DNA of 64,000 nt, from the NCBI GenBank assembly GCA_036172245.1, contig JAYWIR010000009.1, positions 992,001 to 1,056,000 of the forward strand, read 5' to 3'. The notes under the pieces were generated by a model. The model was not told the DNA's origin and made no database searches. It saw nothing but the letters and a program-made list of their open reading frames with translations. A program made the position numbers and the translations under genes. Origin of the DNA: Raillietiella orientalis. Its lineage: Eukaryota. Numbering within the stretch: position 1 is the stretch's first letter; every line of letters begins with the position of its first letter. Below are positions 62,820 through 64,000 of this stretch, one piece after another.

Positions 62820-64000
62820 ATGAGGCAAGCAAGAACTCTGCTCCTGATCTGCTTGAGCTTGTGTGCTCTGGTGGCTGCTGGCGTGTCCTTCACGAAAGAA
62901 TGGAACTCTTTTAAGGTGACGCCCTCTTCCGCCGAGCGACTGCTGGCGCTGCACGTTTGTCGTTGTGGCCGCCATGCACCACGGGGTGTCGCCGGCTTCT
63001 TCCGTTCGCTCTCTTCCTGCCTTGCAGGCCGATGAGCGACGAACGCGAAAGACCCTTCCAGCTATATCGCACTGCGTGCGGGCGATGCTGCGCTTTTACT
63101 TTGGCGTTGACTTCACCGCGCCTCCTCAACTCGGGCGCAGGTGGAACGTTCGCAGAAGATCAGCGCACAAGCGAGTATTTAAGTGGTCGACCCGGAGTGA
63201 CATTGGCGACAAAAGGTCACCACCACTCGTGAAAAGTGTTCAGGGCGCGATTTGGAATACGGAAACGCGGTGGGCAGGAGACGTTCCTTCCTCACGGAGC
63301 ACCAGACTATCGAAACTCCAAGGCACGGAAGCTGCCGAACGCTCTTCAGTCTGGACCGCGCCACTGCGAAGAAGGCGGTTTTCGGATGCGCCTGCAACGA
63401 GAGATGCGTGAAACGTTCCTTTCTTCTTGCATTTCAGCTCCAACACGGCAAGAAGTACCGCAACCTGAAGGAGGAGACCCACAGGCATTCCGTGTTCCTC
63501 AAGAACAAGCAGCTGATTGACGAGCACAACGAGAAGCACGCGAGAGGCGAGAAGACCTTCACGCTGCGCCTAAACAAATACGCTGACCTGGTGAGAGTCG
63601 CGGGACTCCTCTTCTACCCTTTCGCATTGTGCCCGAGGGAGCATTCCGGCGGTGCTGTCGGCGCGCTGCACATTCAGGAGCGCAGCCCAGGCTGCCCGGG
63701 CTATGCCCCCCTGCTTGGGTCTTATGCGTCTCTCCATCCACTTGCTTCTTCCTTGCCTCCGACTGAGGGCTCCTTTCGAAGAGTGTCGGATGCTGCTTAC
63801 GGTTGAACGAGAGACCAACGACTCTCGGTCGCATTTGGGAAGCACAATGCGGAAGGGGTAGTTGGGGAGTGGAGACGAAATTCACAGCCCAATCCCCCCT
63901 ATGCAGGAGAAACACGAAAGGAAAGCCATGCTGAACGGCCTGCGTGCACCAGAGAAGCACGTCGTCCCGAGGACGTCCTTCTCAGGCATCCCCGACTACC
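62820..64000 (+). CDS. CTSL: Cathepsin L-like protease, second copy, 5' part (exons 62820-62915, 63438-63590, 63907->64000); continues beyond the window
   Basis: Near-identical to the reverse complement of 56140-57320, with the same 522-nt and 316-nt introns; MRQARTLLLICLSLC...|LQHGKKYRNLKEETHRH...[21 protein letters not shown]. No disabling change is visible. Confidence 0.9.

Overview
Eukaryotic (invertebrate, most likely arthropod; very short GT-AG introns) genomic window. It holds two intact housekeeping genes in AT-rich, CpG-poor DNA: LSm3 (22621-23296, +, 3 coding exons, 102 aa) and ceramide glucosyltransferase/UGCG (31888-34852, -, 7 coding exons, 403 aa). At the right end is a recently duplicated cathepsin L cluster: a complete minus-strand gene, a plus-strand copy running off the window, and a truncated copy encoding only signal peptide plus I29 propeptide; the copies form two large inverted repeats. 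About 35-62 kb is a nested graveyard of degenerate L1/Tx1-like non-LTR retrotransposons. One full-length copy (45612-52767) has an 8-bp TSD, sits inside the 5' UTR of a relative, and itself carries a 5'-truncated insertion with a 6-bp TSD. The most unusual signal is that these LINEs begin with a conserved tRNA-like head (A-box/B-box at tRNA spacing) and end with a shared non-poly(A) terminal motif. Decayed BEL/Pao-like LTR element remnants lie at about 16-20.5 kb. The first 10 kb is GC/CpG-rich with no recognisable protein. All calls were made by eye, without database searches.
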